Source of the DNA: Mytilus californianus
Taxonomy: Eukaryota
Assembly: GCF_021869535.1 (NCBI RefSeq)
Contig: NW_026262701.1
Coordinates: 37,262,001 to 37,326,000, forward strand
Direction of reading: 5' to 3'
DNA length: 64,000 nucleotides
Part shown: piece after piece, positions 51,038 through 62,800 of the stretch
Position numbering within the stretch: position 1 is the stretch's first letter
How the letters are laid out: every line of letters starts with the position of its first letter
Program-made: the position numbers and the translations under genes
Notes under the pieces: model-generated
What the model was told of the DNA's origin: nothing
Database searches by the model: none
The model's input: the letters and a program-made list of their open reading frames with translations, nothing else

Positions 51038-51158
51038 TGTTATTTGTGCTGTATTTAGACCTCTCTACCAATAAATTTGTTTTACATGAACACGCATGAA
51101 AATTGCGGTTTTTATCCAACGCAATCATAGGTTTGAATGTTGTTTTCAATTTAGACTT
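51038..51158 (+). mobile_element. Short 5'-truncated copy of the ~540-bp array unit
   Basis: Reverse complement of the unit start (…gttgttttcaatttagactt), flanked on both sides by (TA)n. Confidence 0.85.
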
Positions 51159-51159
51159 G

Positions 51160-51205
<46 letters not shown>

Positions 51206-51637
51206 GTGTTTTTCTACTTGTTCTATCTATATTTTCTACCTAGTCTACCTGTTTTATCTATGTTTTACCTATTGTGTCTGTTTGTTTTGCTCTCACATTG
51301 TTGTCAATATACTGAAATTCCATGTCTGTCATACAAGTGAGAGGTTTGGCTAGCTATCAAACCAGGTTTTATCCACCATTTTCTACCTTTTCAATCTGTA
51401 TTGTTTTTCTACTAGTTATATCAATAGTATACTTCTACTTACCAACTTGTATTACCTCTGTACCTGTTTTACCTATATTGTATTTCTACCTATACTGTGT
51501 AACCATTGAGACCAAATTTTTAGTTATTTCAATGGACATGACTGGTACACATTTGATAACATTTTTTATGAACATACGAAAAGTAATTAAAGTAATGTTT
51601 GAATTAATGTAAAAAATAAAATGAAGACAATACCTAC

Positions 51638-51697
51638 CTCCTTTATATGCGTAACTCTTGTCCTGGTTGCAATCTTCTCCGCTTTTAGGAACAGTTT
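51638..51697 (-). CDS. VWA-protein gene, 60-nt linker exon
   Basis: ttttgtgtttag|AA...GGA G|gtaggt, phase 1-1. Encodes (K)TVPKSGEDCNQDKSYAYKG and joins the neighbouring exons in frame. Confidence 0.65.
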
Positions 51698-52202
51698 CTA
51701 AACACAAAATCAAAGACATACTCAACATTGCGTTCAATTAAAAAAAGGGAAACTTCAATGCCACAGTAATCAACCAACGCAATGAAACAAAATTGTATCA
51801 ATGTATAGACAATAAATACGTTGTGCAGTACGTTTCAGTATCATATCAAGTTCAGAACTAACCATAGTCTAGTTTGGTAAGAATAGTAAAAAGGTCTTTC
51901 AAAAATTGAAACTTAAGGAATGAAGAAAACAGTTAAAAACCTCAATAACGTTCCTGATTTTGAGGCGGGCATAAATATATATGCCATTATTCTAGATTTG
52001 TGAGTACCCCACTCGTGGCTTTAAAGCTCTAACAGCTCAAGACAAAAAGTATAAAAATAACAAGCAATATAAATTGTTCAGAATAAAATAGATACTATAG
52101 ATGACAAAAATGTAGCAACACAAGTTAAAACAATTCTTATACAATAACGAAAAATCCTTACCGTACTCAGTATATACAATACTTAATTAGCCAACTGATA
52201 TA

Positions 52203-53040
52203 TATAGATTCTTACATTGATACCAGTGGATTATCGGATTTATCCAATCGAGATAGATAAATTATCAATTTTAAAATCCGAGCCTCGGCGAGGACTTTAA
52301 AATTTATAATTTAACTATCGAGATTGGATAAATCCGATAATCCACGAGTAACTATGTAAGAATCTGTTTCTCTAATGATTAAAAAATGAATTTTCCTTTT
52401 TTGCTAAACTAAAATCCCCTTCGAGTGCCTTCAACTTTCCATAAAGTTGTCAATTTCATTAACACCTGTTAGCATATTTTGATGCATTTTGTGAGCTGAG
52501 AAAGGTTATGACCCTTAAACTCATCCAATCATCTTCTGAGATCACTGGCAACCACACGTTGATTAAATTTTTTTATACAATGGGTTCGGAAAGGGATAGA
52601 TTTCCATAGAATTAGAGAAATATAGATTCTTACATTGATACCAGTGGGTTATCAAATTTATCCAATCGAGATAGTTAAATTATCAATTCTAAAGTCCGAG
52701 CCTCGGTGAGGACTTTAAAATTTATAATTCAACTATTGAGATTGGATAAATCCGATAATCCACGAGTAACTATGTAAGAATCTGTTTCTCTAATGATTAA
52801 AAAATGAATTTTCCTTTTTTGCTAAACTAAAATCCCCTTCGAATGCCTTCCACTTTCCATAAAGTTGTCAATTTCATTAACACCAGTTAGCATATTTTGA
52901 TGCATCCAGTGAGCTGAGAAAGGTTATGACCCTTAAACTCATCCAATCATCTTCTGAGATCATGCACTGGCAACCACACGTTGGTTAAATTTTTTTATAC
53001 AATGGGTTCGGAAAGGGAAAAAATGTCCATAGAATTAAAA
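52203..53040. repeat. 418-bp tandem duplication; each unit has a ~160-nt near-perfect palindrome
   Basis: Units start at 52203 and 52621. Arms tggattatcggatttatccaatc / gattggataaatccgataatcca (23-bp perfect in unit 1) surround cctcggcgagg. Confidence 0.9.
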
Positions 53041-53988
53041 ACAAATATATATATAGATCAGGTATCATTGCCAATTAGACAACTGTCCGCTAGAAACCAA
53101 ATGATTTAGAAAATTTGTAGAGGATATTTTCCTACATTTCATAGCATTAACTCTCAAATACATCCACTAAAATGATACTTTTAACCACTGTTAATTTCAT
53201 TGTCCTACCGGTTATAATACTTTTTGACTAACGGACACACAATGAAATTATATTTTACCGATTTTAAAGAAATGACGAGAATTTAAAACGATGGTTACAT
53301 CAGAAATGAACTCGACCACTTTGTTTAGTTATATCAATAGAGCATGATTTCTTCCAAATGTATCACAAGACAAACTCTCTCTCTCTGTGTCTCTCTCTCT
53401 CTGGTGATGTACTGTATGGGATTTAAAAATTGCGAGCCTTAAAGGTTTTGTCTTCATTGTCATTTTTGTTTGCTTCAGTGTTTACAACAATAAAATAATT
53501 GATGTTGTGAGAAAGACGAAACACAGAAGTTTAAGCTGACTAAGAACGACTACATGAAATTCAAAATTGGTTTTGCATCGTAAATATATTTTCATTTATT
53601 TAGGGCACTCCATTTTGCATTTAATAGTGAGGAAAAACGGTATAAAATATGAGTATGAATGTTTTGTTTTACGTTTACACTGGAGATATTAAACCAAACA
53701 TGTGTTCTTTATTACAAGGCCAAAGATATGGTTATTAGTGTAAAAGATAGACAATGTACACAATAGAAACATTTTCTTGGTTGATAAAGATTAATTTTGC
53801 TCCAACTTCTTTTAAAATGACACATGAACCGTCCCACACTTAGTTAACGCCGCCTTACTTTAATTGAATATGTTACTTAAACAATGTATAGATTATGATG
53901 TAAATTCGTCAAAAATCACAGTTCCATCATTTCTTTCTTTACTCATCATATTTATGACATCTCTTACCAATTAAGGTGATTTACTTAC

Positions 53989-54292
53989 TACATTCCGATT
54001 CATTGCAAGCAGCCTTCACAACGTCGTCGACAACGGTATTCAACTCATTAAAATAATTTACCATAAAGACACAATTTGGACCTCCAGCTATTGCCTACAG
54101 TTGAGCATCATTTGCTGCTCCGACTGAAACTACATAGACGATGCAGTTGCTTTTATTCCTTAACTTATTAGCGACCTGTATAGGGTCAAGGCTGTCTGCA
54201 GTCTGTCCACCATCAGTAATCACAATGACAAAACACTGAGCACATTTTCTACCCGCTCCATTTGTCGGAGTCAGAAAATCGGTTCGTACGAA
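53989..54292 (-). CDS. VWA-protein gene, VWA C-terminal exon containing an in-frame TAG (54097-54095)
   Basis: aatttcag|TTC, phase 0. Encodes FVRTDFLTPTNGAGRKCAQCFVIVITDGG...VVSVGAANDAQL*AIAGGPNCVFMVNYFNELNTVVDDVVKAACNESEC, then donor A|gtaagt. Confidence 0.8.
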
Positions 54293-55731
54293 CTGAAATT
54301 GTTTTAATATCAGGATATAGTCTTCAGATAAGCATAATTTATAATGGAACAAACGAGTCAACAAATATTCTGCATGAAAAAAAATAATCAGAATGCCTAG
54401 CATGTTTTACTTACATGGTTAACGTGCTGGATGTCGCAACGAAAACGAGATTTTCAATGGCGTTGTTTATCTGTTTGTCCTTTCTCGACTAATAGTTCAC
54501 GACGAACATCTACGTATCAATAAAAGGAGATAGTAGGTATATGCCGATGAGACGGCAACCCAACGACCCAATTTATTGAAAGAAACCTGCAGGTCCAACA
54601 CAGACTTCTCTACAATAATGTTTCTGTTTTTATTTATTCCATTTAGATAACTATATAGACACTTCAATAGTTTCCAAGACTATTGACTGGTTTTATAAGC
54701 TAATCCCCATTGATATAGTCTAAAGAAATACTGGCAATATCAATCAGTTTCTTAATCAAAATTTAATTTGTATTCATGTAGTTTAATAGAGTGTGATGGC
54801 CTGGATTACCAAAGCAGGTCAGCATGGAATAAGAATAATATTGTGTTCAAGCAGAGCGAGATGTCACAAACAGAAGTGTTGATTATACATCTGTCTGTTC
54901 TAAGAAACTGTGTCTTCTTAATGTCGTTTTTGTTTTTTTGCCTTTGGGTTGCTGTCTAGTTAACGTATCCTCCACATCTCGATTTCTATATACAATAAAA
55001 ATCAGTTCAGGAAAGCACTAAATTCTATAAAAACGGCCGATGGGAAGGCCACAAAGGCAAGCAATAATGTTGAAAAGAATGCTCGACATTACCCCTAGCA
55101 ATTTCCAAGTACTTTCCCTTCCCCAATGAAGTCATGCCGTTTGCATTATGATGTCGGTTTTTGAGTTTCAAAGTAGATTACATATAGAAACGTCATGAAC
55201 AAAGACAGAACTGATGTTGCAAAAAGAAAGAAAGAAATGAAAGACTCCTACAATGTATTATTAATCTTCGTCATTAAGTCTGTGACGTCAACTATTAAGA
55301 TTTTAAGGACAGTTATAAAACGTGTTAGCTTTACAAATAATAATGATGTAAAAAAAATGATGAAAATCATACGTCCTGAATAAATCTGTATGTTTGTTAT
55401 TATGACCAATTTGTGATATTCATATTCCGGATGTAAAAATATAAAGTAATATTTTTACAGAATGGAATTGACAAGTCATTGAGAACACTACTTTAAGTGT
55501 ATTATATGGTTTATTGTCACAGCGATTGCGAATTTTCTAAAATCATATGTTCAGATAGACACGTTTATTGAAAGTGCCACAAGGTGACGGAGATTCCTGG
55601 AAATAAAACAAAAAATCCTTATAGATTCTGTGTTAATGAAGTTTAAATCCTTAATTTCAATTAGTTAATCAGTTATAACAAAAAATGATAAGTTTAAGTA
55701 ATATTCATATCAATCAGATGTAAATTCATAC

Positions 55732-56021
55732 ATCTAAAGCAGCTCCGATATCTATGTTGGAGTTAGGAGTCGTAGGGAAAGCTTCAATGGCAGCAATAGT
55801 TGCTGGCTTTGTACTATGAGTATTCAAGTAGAAATGCTTTACTGGTTCTTTTGAAAAACAAAGAGCGGCAAACTGGGTTCCAGTGGCTCCTACTGGATGG
55901 AACAAATCCACAACATTTACCATAAAATCTTCCATTGCAGGAAAATTATCACGACTGATACTTCCACTAGTATCGTACACAAAAATGATGTCAGCAACTG
56001 CTTTACATGTCAGTTTTTCAT
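55732..56021 (-). CDS. VWA-protein gene, VWA N-terminal exon
   Basis: tatattaag|AT, phase 1. Encodes (D)EKLTCKAVADIIFVYDTSGSIS...QFAALCFS...IDIGAALD, then |gtatga. The MIDAS DxSxS motif is present. Confidence 0.9.
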
Positions 56022-56232
56022 CTTAATATAGATAAGATAAAAAATGTATTCAATTAATAACATTCTACGCGTGAATTGTTTTCATAATCAAATTTGAGAA
56101 AAAGAAACTTGTTGTGATCACTTGTAATTGATAAATTAAAATTATTTTCATTTGAGTTTCATTGATGTCTTTGAAGCTGTTATTAGTTAAGATCACATTC
56201 ATTTATATGAATATAAAACATTAAACGTTTAC

Positions 56233-56290
56233 CTGGTTTCTTTGGATGATAACGATAGTGTGCTTCTCCTGCTGCAATCACAACCAAAAC
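56233..56290 (-). CDS. VWA-protein gene, exon with signal-peptide end and mature N-terminus
   Basis: atctgtag|GTT...CCA G|gtaaac. Encodes VLVVIAAGEAHYRYHPKKP and is phase-compatible with the next exon. The ATG-bearing exon was not identified. Confidence 0.75.
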
Positions 56291-58149
56291 CTACAGATAT
56301 TTAAAAGTCATGAAATGTATTGGATTTCTTAAGATTGTAACATGGATACGACGTTTAAAGTATGCAATGAACAAGAATTCTGAATCTAAAATGGAAAATG
56401 TGCCAGCTATGATGTGACACAGATAAGATGTAATTCACAAACAGGTTATGATGAAACCACTTATACATTCATGACATGTGCCTATCATAGAATTCAAACC
56501 TACCATAATAACATTTAGGAAGACCATTGTGGTATCTAAAAAAGAAGAGATATCGTTTAAAAAGTGTTAAAAAAACAAATATTCGTGGAAAAAAGAATTA
56601 ACACGTATGTAATGTCATGAAAACTTGAATTACAATTTGTTAGCAAAATTATATGCAGTTAAATAATATCAAAGAAGCAAAGATGTCAACTTTTAATCAT
56701 TAAAACAAATATTTCAGAAATAATTTGTTTTCTTCATTATTATCAATTGCACTTTCGAGATTTGTGGAGTCTGTGCGGTTGCCTGGTGTTGATGATAAAT
56801 AAAACATGTGTAATGAAAGCCAGTCGACAGTATATCTCACAATTCACGAACAGTGTGAGAGAAAAGAAGATACTATGTGTGCTAAGAATGAACTTGTTTT
56901 AACCCTCATCTGTTATGATAGTATCCATAAACTTAGAATACACAGACAAATGAAAATATTAAGATAATTAAAACAAAAAGGAGCTTAACAGAGCTTACAT
57001 AACCAGGAAAAACCAAGTAATTTAAAGAAAACCTCGTGATAATCTATGTGAAAATGCTTTTATCAAAAATACTTTACCTTGTCTCAAATAAGCAAATTCT
57101 TACCAGGATGTCTGTATATTTTGATCGAGAACTGCTGAGCAAAAATTTACCTCTATGGGGACAGAAAAGTAGTCATATAGGTAGTCTGCGTAACAGTTTT
57201 TCAATGCTGCGTCAACATTTCTTTCACTTTTAATTTATTACTTCATTGATTTTAAAAATGTAAAAATATTGATTTCTTGTTTCAAATAATGTGTGTTGAA
57301 CTTTTAAATGATTTAATTTCTGGTTAGTATAAGATGCTAATATTTGTTTTTTTATTTTAAATACATTCAGCAAGAATCAATAATATTTTCATAATTACAT
57401 GTAAGTCAGAATATACATTTAAACATCAATTTAATTTCTTTGAAACGAAGGAGTAAACGAGCAAAGTGTTCGTTATCCTATCAAAACTAAGTAACATGCC
57501 TTCTCGTATTTTTCTCATTGCCCAAATGTATTTTTAGCTCAGTTGGTCAAATACCACACCAGCCTTTGGTATCAAAAGATGTCCTTCGTCTAATGTTTTT
57601 CCGTTAGCCTTCAACATTTGGTCTTCTTGTTACCCACAATACAGAATAAAACAACTTGACTAAAATATCAATCGGTACCATCCAGCATCCAATGGAATTA
57701 GTGAAAAGACGTCATTAAAAGCCAGAGAAAAACTCGATCTTGTAGAATTCAAAACTATCAGGTATTGAAATAGTGTAGGACCGTGAATGTACATATGTGT
57801 ATATCAATAATATTTTGTTTCGTTTTAATCTATGGATAAAAAAATGATATTTAAACTGATAAAAACAATATTCATGATATAGTTACAGTGTTGTATTTGT
57901 AACCTTTTAGATCGATAAGTTAACTTGGAATGTATCTTAATTAACAGGCTCGTTTAACAAAATCACCGTAAAAATTATGATGTGTAATCCCGTTTATAAT
58001 ATGAGGAAGGCGCTACCTTAAATGCCAGCTTACCAAGCCAATAATTCACTATGTCCCTACATATAGTTTTTGCCTAAAATTAAAAAGAAAAGGCTTGTTG
58101 AGTGAAATTTTCAAGTTTAGACTATCACTATTATATCTTACACTTTCCA

Positions 58150-58900
58150 AGCCCCCAAAACAGAACTGTCAACAAATAAATGTTTCCTCTACTTTCTTCC
58201 TGATATCAATATGTGGGGTCAGGCAAAATTACACTTGAATGTGTATTACCTTCTATTTCACCAGGGTCTGTTTGATCAGGGACAAGGCCATTGTCAGAAA
58301 TATGAACAGTATTGCCTTGGTATTCAACTGTTTGTATATCTGTAAATAACATCAATAGGCAATGCAGCTAACCTTTCTTTACTAATAATAATGTCAACAT
58401 AAGCTGGATTGTACTGTTTAAAAAAAAAGAGCAGTTTATATTTTGAATCTTCTTACTACAAAATCTTTAGATGTTCCATTTTTGCCCTGCTTCCGTACAC
58501 GAATAATATTAATTTCTTCAGGAAGTCTAGGAAATATTTTGGCTGGTTCATTTACTTCATGTGGGAAAGTAACAAAGTGTCCATCAGAAGCAATACCCCC
58601 ATGACCTAACATGTGAACATTTATACAAAGTGAGATTCTACATATAAGTTGTTGTTCAGATGGAATATTTTTAGGATCCATATTGTTTTCTGCTGAAAAT
58701 AATTTTATTGGTGATTTATCTAAATGACAATGATTACATTCATTATCTTGTGCCATTTTCATATCCATTTGTCTTTCTTTGCAAATATTACAAAATTTAA
58801 AACAATAAGACATTTGTTTAATTTCAAAACTACGAATACAATCCATAACTTTATTAAATTGTTGATTTTCATAAAGAGCTGGAGGATTTGGAATATCTTT
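58150..58900 (-). mobile_element. Decayed Helitron Rep/helicase N-terminal fragment (DUF6570-like)
   Basis: KLFSAENNMDPKNIP...GHFVTFPHEV...PRLP...IIRVRK...KDFVVRRFKI* followed by a frameshifted KQYNPAYVDIIIS, matching the DUF6570 pattern as recalled. Confidence 0.75.
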
Positions 58901-59442
58901 TTTATCATTATTTAAAAGTTGTAGCTGTTTTGTTTTATTTTGTATTGCAAACGACGCTTTCTGTTTGTTAAATTATTTTACTTTCTAAATTAGCTGGGTG
59001 TTCATATTGTATTCCCAGTTTCTAGCATCTCATATATATTTGATCAGCAAGAGGATCATACTGATTGTTAAAAGAAGAGTTTGAATTTAAATAAGCCTGA
59101 TTAGAATATTGTTTTTCATTTTCATCTAAGCCTAAGGAACCATACATAGGATTGTTAAGTTGATGATCTAAAGATTTTGCTATTTTCTGGGATGCTATCT
59201 GAAATAAGAGGGGGAGACACTGCTCAGCAGTATAAATAGTCCGTGTAACACTTCACAATTCAAAATTTAAAAAAGTTTCGAAATTTTAGTATTTTTGTTT
59301 TTTAATCAAAGTTTTAAAATACCAACATTACTAATTTTTGAATTTTTTTGTAATTTTGAAAATATCACCAAATAATTCTTAAATTCTATAATTCGTTTGA
59401 AATTCAATAGTTTAGATTTTTAACCAAACTTTAAAAATACTA

Positions 59443-59682
59443 AATAAAGGCAACAGTAGTATACCGCTGTTCGAAATTCATAAATCGATTGAGAAAAAAA
59501 CAAATCCGGGTTACAAACTAAAACTGAGGGAAACACATCAAATATAAGAGGAGAACTACGACACAACAGAAACACAACATTAAAATGTAACACACACAGA
59601 AACAAACTGTAATATAAAAATGGCCGTATTGCTGACTTGGTACAGGACATTTTAAGAAAAAATGGTGGGTTGAGCCTGGTTT
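59443..59682 (+). mobile_element. Dispersed repeat family D
   Basis: Distinct head (aataaaggcaacagtagtataccgctgttcg). Shares the ctgacttggtacagg / aaatggtgggttga.cctggttt block with family B. Confidence 0.55.
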
Positions 59683-60984
59683 AAACTTAACCTGCAGCTT
59701 TGATCATTTCGCTTTTTGAAATTTGAATTTTTTTTTTATTGAAATATTAAAAATAGAAAACGGACAAAAAGAGAACATCTGTATCATTATCGCCTTTGGG
59801 TTACCTGTAAAGTGCGAAACAGAATAAAACGGAACGAAACAAAACCAAAACAAAACCAAACAAAACAAAACCAAACCAAACCAAACGAAATTTGCCACAA
59901 CGACACGAAATTTGACGAAACGAAACGAAATGAACATTCTTAATTAAAAATCAATGTAAAAAAAAAGCAAGAAGCAGACGGGGATGAAAGCGGAGAAAAA
60001 TTGAATAAGAAAATAAATATCTCTCAAAAGTGGAGACTTAATTTTAAAAAAAGAAACACTTTGATTATGATCATTCTGAAATAAGAATAAAAAGACCGAA
60101 ACGAATTGAATCATTTTTAATTGAAAATAAAATAATATTTCAGCGTTTCCGATAATTTATTCAGAACTATTTGCTTTTCACATTTAATCAAAAGATAACA
60201 GCGAATTTTGAATTTATTCTGTCTATGATGATACACTGTACCAACAACTTTATTAAAGACAGCAATATAATACTTGTAAAACGTGCAATTAAGTGTTGGA
60301 AACCAAGACCACAGAACAACACATTACCATTGCATAAAAGGGAGTAGTTATTTCACAACAGCATTCATATATATAGCCATTAATTTGTTTATCCTGTTAT
60401 ATCTATCATGTTACCCTGACAATGTAAGCACATAAATTACGCAAAAATCCGACCTCAACATATTTTAATCTTATCAAAATAGATCTGGTCCAGGTTAGGG
60501 GAGGGTTGCGTGCTCACAGACATGTTTAACCCCGCCACATTATTTATGTGTCATGTCCCATGTCAGCAGTGGTTGTCGTTTGTTTATGTCAAACACTTAC
60601 AACTGCAATTTTCATTAAAAATAAAATGTTTAGCATAGGTTTACTGAAAATTCGACATTTTTTTTTAAATGACCAATATAATAACTATTAATACCACAAG
60701 GTTATTTATTTGCATTCAACATTTCATGATCTTTTGCGTAGAAATGTACGCATGTGAACTTGTCAATTCAAACATAATGTCATAAAAAAGTCTTACGGCA
60801 TTACTGTTACAGTACAACAGTGCTATATCAAGACGATTTTGACTTTGAGTATGCCGCCCACTCTAACCCCAAAACAACAAAAACGAACTTTCTGTCAATG
60901 AATAGCGCTGGGAGATCTTTTTGTGTTCCTTTCATAACGTGGGACTATTACGTCTTATCCAAACGAGACCGGTGCATCAACTTG

Positions 60985-61160
60985 GTAAATTGGTAAAAGA
61001 GAGGCAAAAAATACCAAAGGGATATTCAAAATCATAAGTCAAAAACAAACTGACAAAGCCATAGCAAATACGAAAAACGACGAAAATACAAACAGTACAC
61101 AAAAACACAACAAAGAAAACTAAAGACTTCAAGCAACACGAACCCCACCAAAAACTATTG
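60985..61160 (-). mobile_element. Penelope-like family 3' tail
   Basis: Reverse complement of the tail seen at 42430-42607. Confidence 0.7.
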
Positions 61161-61430
61161 GTACGCATCTCCTGATATGCATGCAACCTGCCATACGAAT
61201 TTACACTCAGTCAAAATGTCACACAATCAGGAATGGGACACAGTTGGTAAAATTACGGATCAAACGACTATACTTCTATCTAAAGATTTAAGACCGCAAA
61301 ACATGTCGTTGGTGAGTTGAGACACCGACACATTGTATCGGTCAACCAATTCGAGATGGTGATAGTAAAACCTATGCAGTTTTGACTTCAGCCGCTCTTC
61401 CTCTTAACTTTGTTGGAAACGTTTTTGTGT

Positions 61431-61800
61431 AAAAAGTTAAATCACAAAAATACTGAACTCCGAGGAAAATTCAAAACGGAAAGTCCCTAATCAAATGGCA
61501 AAATCAAAAGCACAAACACATCAAACGAATGGACAAAAACTGTCATATTCCTGGCTTGGTACAGGCATTTTCGTATGTAGAAAATGGTGGATTGAACCTG
61601 GTTTTATAGCGCTAAACCTCTCACTTGTATGACAGTCGCATCAAATTCCATTATATTGACAACGATGCGTGAATAAAACAAACAGACATAATAGGTAAAA
61701 ATGTCAAAATAGGGGTATAGCAGTCAACACCGTGTCACAATATTAATCACAACAAAAACAAACAAATATTTTACAAAGAAGCACAAAAAAGCATATATCA
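61431..61800 (+). mobile_element. Dispersed repeat family B
   Basis: Highly similar to 32551-32880. Confidence 0.75.
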
Positions 61801-62444
61801 CATTTAACAACCTCGTTCATTGCTTACTTATTTTTGTATTTTATTTAGGTATGCCGAATCAACCCATAAAGTATCGAGGGATTTTAAGCCCTGGGACCGA
61901 ATCGTAATTTTAACATTAACTCTGGCGTAGACTCGCGTGTTTGACGACAGAATGTAAGGTAGCATTGCATAGCAAAAAAAGTTAAAATTGACACTCATTA
62001 ATTCTTTACCGCCCTCTTTTCCTTGCTTTCTAACAAATAAGGATTACTGCTTATGTCATGTATGTGCATATGTATGGAAACAGCATCTTCCATAGATTTG
62101 ATTTCTAATAGATAAAATGGCGAAACATAATCTCTTTTAGGTGTAACCATGGCAGCAATCTGCATTAATTTGAAACAAAATATTGCAAAATGGGGTAGAA
62201 AATGTCATAAAAGTCCCCAAAACACTACAATAATTTCTGGAACTACGGGCTGTACGGATGTGAAAATACGAACTGTCAAACAGAAAATGGCCTATAAAAC
62301 ATTCAAACAACAATCTTGATGTTCATATAAACCCACTTTGAAGGCTATATTGTACTTCAGCTATCTAAAAATCCATTTTATTGCACAATAATGTTCATAT
62401 ATTAACAATTATGCGAAACCAAACTCCTAACTGTGTATTGCTAC

Positions 62445-62800
62445 CTAAGGAGCACACCCCTTTTAATGAAGTCCGTATCGTGTGAACATGCAAGAGCGTA
62501 ACGTATTAACTGAATTATGCAAACACAATACGATGAAATAGAGGGTATGTTACTGCTGTGAAATAGGAAGTTGACAATTGGAAAGATGAAATCATCACGT
62601 TTAATTGTCATAGATTCCAATTTGATGTCATCCATATGTGTTAATATCGAGGAAAAGATCCCGTTATGAAGCACCTTCTACTTTCGGCAGTATCATTAAC
62701 CTCAAGTTCACATGGATATATGAGATGCAAGCATTCATTGAAAAGTGGGTTATTTAGGGACAGACCATCATCAATATATGTTACACTATTTCACCATAAG
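62445..62800 (-). mobile_element. Penelope-like RT fragment including the catalytic motif region
   Basis: Minus strand reads YIDDGLSLNNP... then KRDDFIFPIVNF..SNIP...QLIRYALACS..DFIKRG. Confidence 0.75.

Noticed and set aside
51621-51701. Plus-strand micro-ORF MKTIPTSFICVTLVLVAIFSAFRNSF resembling a signal peptide
   Set aside because: It is the antisense of the 60-nt VWA-gene exon and stops right after the hydrophobic stretch.
14013-53989. Splicing of the VWA exon (phase 1 donor) to the galaxin-like exon (phase 1 acceptor) as one VWA-galaxin gene
   Set aside because: Phase compatibility is a 1-in-3 coincidence, and closer in-frame exons with a stop and poly(A) signal (51697, 50462) complete the VWA gene.
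480-62674. Remaining short ORFs (60-116 aa) in the ORF track
   Set aside because: They are low-complexity AT-rich frames or readings of repeat tails (e.g. MSNTTGTTCGAGS…, FWWG… from the Penelope-like tail), with no splice or domain support.
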